64,000 nucleotides of DNA from the NCBI GenBank assembly GCA_009914755.4, contig CP068257.2:27616001-27680000 (forward strand), read 5' to 3'. The notes below the pieces were generated by a model. The model had not been told where the DNA came from. It made no database searches and saw nothing but the letters and a program-made list of their open reading frames with translations. The position numbers were made by a program, and so were the translations under genes. Source of the stretch: the human T2T-CHM13v2.0 reference genome, Homo sapiens. Positions 57,334 through 64,000 of this stretch are shown here, in pieces (positions within the stretch are counted from its first letter, which is position 1; each line of letters starts with the position of its first letter).

Positions 57334-58876
57334 TGAGAACCTTTAAATCTACTCTCTTAGCAATTTTGAAATACAGTAGGATCCCCACCCACTGTTTTAC
57401 TTTCAGCAGTTTGTTACCTGTGGTCAGATGAAGTCCAAAAATATTAAATACAATAGATATTTTGAGAAAGAGACAAACATCACATTCACATAACTTTTAT
57501 TACAGTATATGGTTATAATTGTTGTATTTTATTATTGTTAATCTCTTACTGTGCTTGATGAAAAAGCATAGTATATATATAGGGTTTGTTACTATCTGCA
57601 GTTTCAGGTATCCACTGGGGTTCTTGGAATGTATCCCCTGTAGATAAGGGGGACACCTGTGTATGTTGTTACAAGTATGATCACTGTGTAAAAGCACTTT
57701 TGTATTTCATTCTTGTTCCTTCTCAATCGCAGGTCTGGGTGCTTTCTGTGCTGTGAAAGGCAGACAAATAATGTAAATCCTAAACACTTGAGTGTTGTAA
57801 ATTTACAAAATGAGAATTGCTCAATGGTTGTTTCTTTTTGAGAGTAACAAATAGACTGTGATAAATGGCCAGAGTAGGCTTCTGAACTGGTATTAGTTTT
57901 TTGGATAGAATTTAGAAAGACTTGTACTACCAATATAATTTTTGTCTCAGATAAATGCAATAGTATTTCCCTACTCAGTAGTTCCTCAGATGCTATTTAA
58001 ACTGAGCTATATTTCAGCTTTATTTATAGGCTGCAAATTGTTCCTTATTTGGCTGAATCTTGTGGTTATGATATAATGAAAAGTAGTTACTGAGATCACT
58101 GGTGCAAATCTGTAGCTTGGAAATCCTCATTTTAGAAATGATTATTTTGACTCCCAAGTTAAATAGTAAAAAATAGACTTATGTTTTTAGTTTTAGCTAT
58201 GTATATTGAGAAACTGTGGCCCTACGGTGGCTGTTAGGGATTAGTGGATTAGGTTGTTTTTAAATAAGACATTTCAGTTTAGTATCTCTACTTGAATAAA
58301 ACAGTTTCAAATTTGTGATTCATATGATATACTGATTGCCCTACGGTAACTTCTGTTTTATTTAATTAAAATTGTTAACATTCTTTTTTATACTCTTAAG
58401 CACCTCCCTCCACCCTCACCCCCCTTTTTGACTCAAATTTTATTGTGAGTTGGTGTATAGTTAGGAATTTGAAGAGCACTTTTTTTGTTTATTTTATCTT
58501 TTCGGTTACTATGCATACTATGTGTGTCAACTCTTAAACCTGCAGGGGGTCATTTTGGCCATCAACTAGTTTTAGGGCTTTCGCCTCCTAAAGAATATGA
58601 ATTATGGTTGTAATTTTTACAGTTTAAAAAACAAGATGGCATATGAAGAATCTTTATTTCATTATGAAAATAGAACATGGATGCTTAATCCTCTGTATTG
58701 AAAGTAACTTGTAGTGAAATACTTCCTAGTGTTCTCTTCTTCTAGTTGTCCATATGTAGTATGTATAACTATAGACCTTGATGATTTAAGTTGAGCACAG
58801 TTTAGTGTCAGGTTCCTTTCAGTGATGCATGAGATTGGTTATATGATCTAGTGAGTGTTATTTAGAAATTAATTCA

Positions 58877-59185
<309 letters not shown>

Positions 59186-62100
59186 TCACCAAATATTGAT
59201 TAATAAGGGGAAATTTGTTGTTCCACAAATGCCCATTTAATCTGTTTGTGTAATAGTGTTCCTTCTCATCACACACAGGATACTTGGGGTATTTCTTGAA
59301 CTCCTTGTTCTTCCATCCCTCCTCAGTTTTACCTATTCTTCCCCCACATACCACTTGAGTCATGTAACATGAATTGAAATGTAATATTTGGACCTGGGAG
59401 CAGAGACTTTTTCAGTCTTTAAATTATTGCCCTTCTCAAGCCTTTAGTTTCCTTATCTGTAACAGAAGCGGGTCATCCTGGATGAATGTGCTTTTTTAAT
59501 TGGAAATTCTTTAGGTCTGTGAAATTAGCCATTATTTTGGGCAGACTTGTGCAATTTTAATATTTTCATTTTATCTTGAGATCCTTATTAAGCTTAACTG
59601 AATTTTTATTATAGGAAGTGTTAAGCCAGGTAATTTACAGAAGATCACATGGTTGATGATATCAGTAGAGCGTTAATCTGATTATCCACAGCTGCTGGTA
59701 GCCTTAAAATAACCTAAAACTTGATTTCCTGTTGTCCCTAATAATTCTGTGTGTTTAACACTTCATATTTTTCAGAGGGCTTCGTGAGACAGATAGGGTG
59801 GGAGCTACCTACTTAGGCTATCTATTCAGTTTCACACATGCACATTTGCCCTTGTTCACATGGCTAGACTTGACTTGATGGGTCTTTCCTCCTCATTTTC
59901 CTATAGCAGGGTTCTCTCATTTTTTTTAAACACCAAGTCTTCTTTTTATTTTAGATTTCTATAAAATTTAATTTATTCTTTAGTAATTTATTGTGAAGAA
60001 TCTGCTAAGTTTTAGAGCCCATCAACTTATCATGTAGTGACAAACCAATTATCTGCTGATGACTGTAGGAAATATCTACTCTAAAGGGGGAAAATGTAAT
60101 TGGCAATCTTTGGGAGATTTCACGACAATCAAAATAATTGTGAACTATCTTTTTAACCAAGGCACATTTTTTGTTTGTTTATAGTTATTTATTCCAACAT
60201 TTTTCTGATTATAAAGTAGTATGTATTTATGGTTAAGAATTTGAATGCAGAAACAAAAATTACCTAGATCTTACCATGCTAATATTTTAATTATATATCC
60301 TAACAAGGCATGGTGATGGTGATGAGGGTGGCAACCAAGATTTCTGGACATACTGAATTGGTGATGCCTATTAGACATACAGGTAGTAATTTGAGTATGC
60401 AGTTGGCTATATGAGTATGAAATTCAAGAGAGAAGTCAAGATTGGACCAAATACGAATATGAGAGTGTTCAGCAAGTCAGTGAAGTGATCGTGTCTCCAT
60501 TGTGGGTCCAGATGTGTTCACCTAGGGAGTGTGTGCAAAGAAGAAACCAGAGGATTGTGGTATCCTGGAAGCCAAGTGAAGACAAGGTTTCAGGAAAGGA
60601 ATGATCAACTTGTTAAATATTGCTGAGATGCTGTGTAAGAAGACTGAACATTTGCCATTTGGTGATGTGGAAGCTGTTGAGCTTCACTAAATGGTTTCCA
60701 CGGAGTGGAGGGGAAAAGGCTTGTTTGAGTGGCCTCAAATGAAATTGGGAAGAGAGGGAAGAGACAGTGTGAGTATAAATGGTTCCTTTTGGAAATTCAG
60801 TACAGGAGAGCAAAGAATTATAGATCGAGGGGTATAAGGAGGGTCAATAAATTTTAAGAGAGGATCCATTATTCATCAGTTCCATTAAAGGCAAATGCAA
60901 AATTTTATTATGTGCGTGGTTTTCTGGTGGAAGTTCAATAGATTTCATCAGATTCTGTAAGGCAGAGAACCAGTGCTCTAGTGATTTGGCAGTTCAACAG
61001 CTCATTTTTCTGGAGGATACCCTTAAAATTTTAACTGATTTAAATTAATATTCACCAGTATTAAATAGTATGTGTAACATCGTACCCAAACAAGATGTCT
61101 TTCTGTATTTTTTTCTTTCCTTCTCTTAGTTTTGTTAAAATCTTTTTAGTTCAGAATATTCTCTATCAAATGCCTTTTCTATTTGAAGACTCTCCTAAAA
61201 AGTTATATTAATACTTGCAACCAAGTGATCAACCATTTACATTTAACTAAATTTTGCTACTTTTGTTTACTATCTATTTAAACATTTTAAGTTTGTGTTT
61301 TTAGTCAAAGTAATACTTGTTGGTTTTTGTTTGTTTGTTTTTTTAAGTACAGAGAACAACCTTATCTGCTGCACCTCACCCCCTAATTCTGCTTCAGTTA
61401 TGTGCAATGTTTACTGGTTTCTGCTATTTAATTTTTTTGGTGGATACCTCTGTCTAAAATGTTTACACCTCAGTTTATTTATCAACCTAAGATATTATCT
61501 GTTGACTTGGTATTACTGTGGGTGATGATTTCGTTTACTCTACTATCCCCCCACATGTATTTGTAATCTTATTATTCCACTTCTACTGTTGATCACCTCT
61601 GCAACTCCAGCTCTAAACACTTTTTTTCTGTTTCTTTTTCTTGTCTCATTAATCTGAGGCAGTGCCTTTTGACTCTGCACATTGTAAGTTGTATGGAAAT
61701 ACCATTCCCATTCTTCCTGATTCTGTCTCCCAGCCTGCTTTATTTTGTCAAGGTTAATAATATTTACATTCTATGCTATAGTTATAATTAAGTCTCTCAT
61801 TATTTGTCTATTCTAAAAGTTGAAAAAAGTCACAGAGATGTAAAGTGACATGCTTAACTGACAGTGGAGTCCTCAAGTTATAAAGTGCTATTAATCTTTT
61901 GTGCTGTCCACCCATAGGTATCCCTAGAGCAGCGCTAGCTGCTGTTTGGCAGTTTCTGGAGAAGCCTTTATGTCCTTACTTGTGCTCCCTGATAACAACT
62001 CTGTCCTCATCTTCAGCCCCTGATTGTGGGATTTTAGGGGTATCTGAGATGTAAGCATTTAGAAAGTGGTGTAGACAAACCGTGGAAGAGGCTGAGTTGG

Positions 62101-62819
62101 GAAATTTTACGTGTTGGGGGAATTTTCATTCTTTGCTTTTTTCCCCTCCCCTCTTTCTTGTGGGAGCCTTAACTGGGATAGTAACAATTGCACCCGCCTC
62201 TCTGCCCATTAGTTGCTCATCTTAGAAAATCTACAGTTAACATATTTAGTGGCGAAATACTTAACACTTTCCTTATATGGGAATGAGATGAGGATACCCA
62301 CTGTCACCACTCTCACTATTCGGTCATTGCAATAAGGGAAGAAAAAGAAATAAGCATAAAGACGGGAAAGAAGTAAAATGGTCTCTGTTTGCAGATGACA
62401 TGATTGTGTGCATAGAAAATCCTATGGAATCCACAAACAGCTATCCGAACTAGTAAGCAAATTAAGGTTGCAGAATTCACGGTTGATATTTAAAACGATA
62501 ATTTTGTTTTTACACAATAGCAACAAAACAAAACAAAAGAGAAAATGAAGTTTAAAAAAACCAACTCTGTATGCAGTAACTATAAACATTAAATGCTGAG
62601 GAATATAGCAAAAGCTTCACAAGCCCTCTACTAAAAAGATCATAATAATGCTGAGATAAAGAATGCCTAAGTAAATGAAGAGAGATGCCATATTCATATA
62701 CTGGAGGACTCAGTTTTTTAGATGTTGGTTCTCCCCAAATAGATCTATATTTTCATTGCATTCCTAATCAGAATTCAACTAGCTCTTACAGTAGAATTTA
62801 ATAAGAATTAAAAAGCCCA

Positions 62820-63960
62820 GAAGAATTAGACATTTCACAAAAGAAGGTATACAAATGGCTAATAAGCACATGTAAGGAGGCTCAACATCCATTACTTATC
62901 AAGAAATGCAAAGTAAAACCACAGTGAGATACCACCATACATATCAGGATAGGCAGGATTAAAAAGATGACAGTACCAAGGGTTAATGAGAATGTAGAGC
63001 ACGGCTGTCCAACCTTTTGGCTTCCTTGGGCTGCATTGGAAGAATTGTCTTGGGCCACAAATAAAATACACTAACACTAACGATAGCTGACAAGCTAGGA
63101 AAAAAAAAAGGTCCATGCATGATTTTCATGCTATCTGCCACCGCCGATGAAACAAAACAGTCCTCACGTTCAAAGGGATGGACACGTCTTACATAGAGCA
63201 TTCTAATTAATTGCCATACATTGGAATTGTCATACACTGCTGGTAGCAAGATAAAATGATACAGTCACTTTGGAAAACTATTCAGTAATTTCTAAAAAGT
63301 TAGGCATGTGCCTATAATATGACCCAGCTCTTCTACTCCTAGGTGTTTACCCAAGAAAAGTGATACACGAAATATATGTCCATGCAAATGTTCATCAAAG
63401 CTTTATTACAATAATCCCAAATTCAGAACAATGCAAGGGTACATCTTTATTATAGTAGTCCATCAGAGTCAAATGGATAAACAAATTGTGGCATATCCAT
63501 GTAATGGAGTGTTATTTTGTAATACAAAGGAACATCTGATGTATGCAACAACATGAATGAACCTCAGAAACATTAAGAAGTAATGTTTCTGAGTAATGAA
63601 AGAAACCCGAAGTAAGAGTACATAATATGTGATTCTATTTGTATAAAAAGAAAATGCACATTAATCCATAGTAACATAAAGCAAATTATTGGTTACCTGG
63701 AATCAGGCACAGGGAAGGGTACATGTCAATGCCCTTGGAGGAAGGGGCGTGTGAAATTTTGAGGACTGATGGAAATTTTGTCTTGGTTGGGGGTGGTGGT
63801 GGTGGTTTTATGCACATATACAGTTGTTAAAGGTCATTGTATTGCATGCTTTAAATAGATATGGTTTATTCTATATAAATCATACCTCAAAGTTGCTTAA
63901 CAAATAGTGACTGACAAAGGCATGACAGAAAATATGTATTCAGTAAAAAAGCTTTATTGA
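62820..63960 (+). mobile_element. L1M-type LINE 3' fragment (ORF2 C-terminal region to 3' UTR) with an unidentified ~190-bp insertion at about 63000-63190; it runs to the window end
   Basis: aaggtatacaaatggctaataagcacatgtaaggaggctcaacatccattacttatcaagaaatgcaaagtaaaaccacagtgagataccacc..., ...tggaaaactattcagtaatttctaaaaagttaggcatgtgcctataatatgacccagctcttctactcctaggtgtttacccaagaaaag... and ...caacatgaatgaacctcagaaacattaagaagtaatg... match the old L1 3' end. Confidence 0.7.
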
Positions 63961-64000
63961 TGTGGACCAATTCTAGTTACTAGTTCACATTTTCATAGCA

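Overview
This window reads as primate (human-type) nuclear genomic DNA, not a prokaryotic or viral locus. I found no CRISPR arrays, operons, tRNA/rRNA genes or other compact 'system'. Interspersed repeats account for roughly half of it: 18 Alu SINEs (with poly-A/poly-T tails and several clear target-site duplications), several ERVL-MaLR LTRs (a full-length THE1 element plus solo THE1/MST/MLT LTRs), a nearly full-length Tigger1 DNA transposon carrying a decayed pogo-like transposase, several old L1 (L1M/L1P-type) 3' fragments, and scattered microsatellites.

The one non-repeat functional landmark is a TATA-less CpG-island promoter at about 47.9-49.4 kb. It carries clustered Sp1 GC boxes, and a likely non-coding first exon on the + strand ends at a GTGAGT donor at 48,862/48,863. 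Sequence downstream of it (49.4-64 kb) looks like intron 1 of that gene. I cannot name the gene from the sequence alone.

I consider every ORF in the six-frame track spurious. They arise from Alu sequence, decayed THE1/Tigger1/L1 internal sequence, or the stop-codon-poor GC-rich CpG island, and many of their 'M' start positions are not ATG codons.

I found no novel biological system. The items worth a second look are the promoter architecture, a few candidate exons, and several structural oddities in the repeats (nested insertions, internal duplications, an unexplained 220-bp direct-repeat pair).
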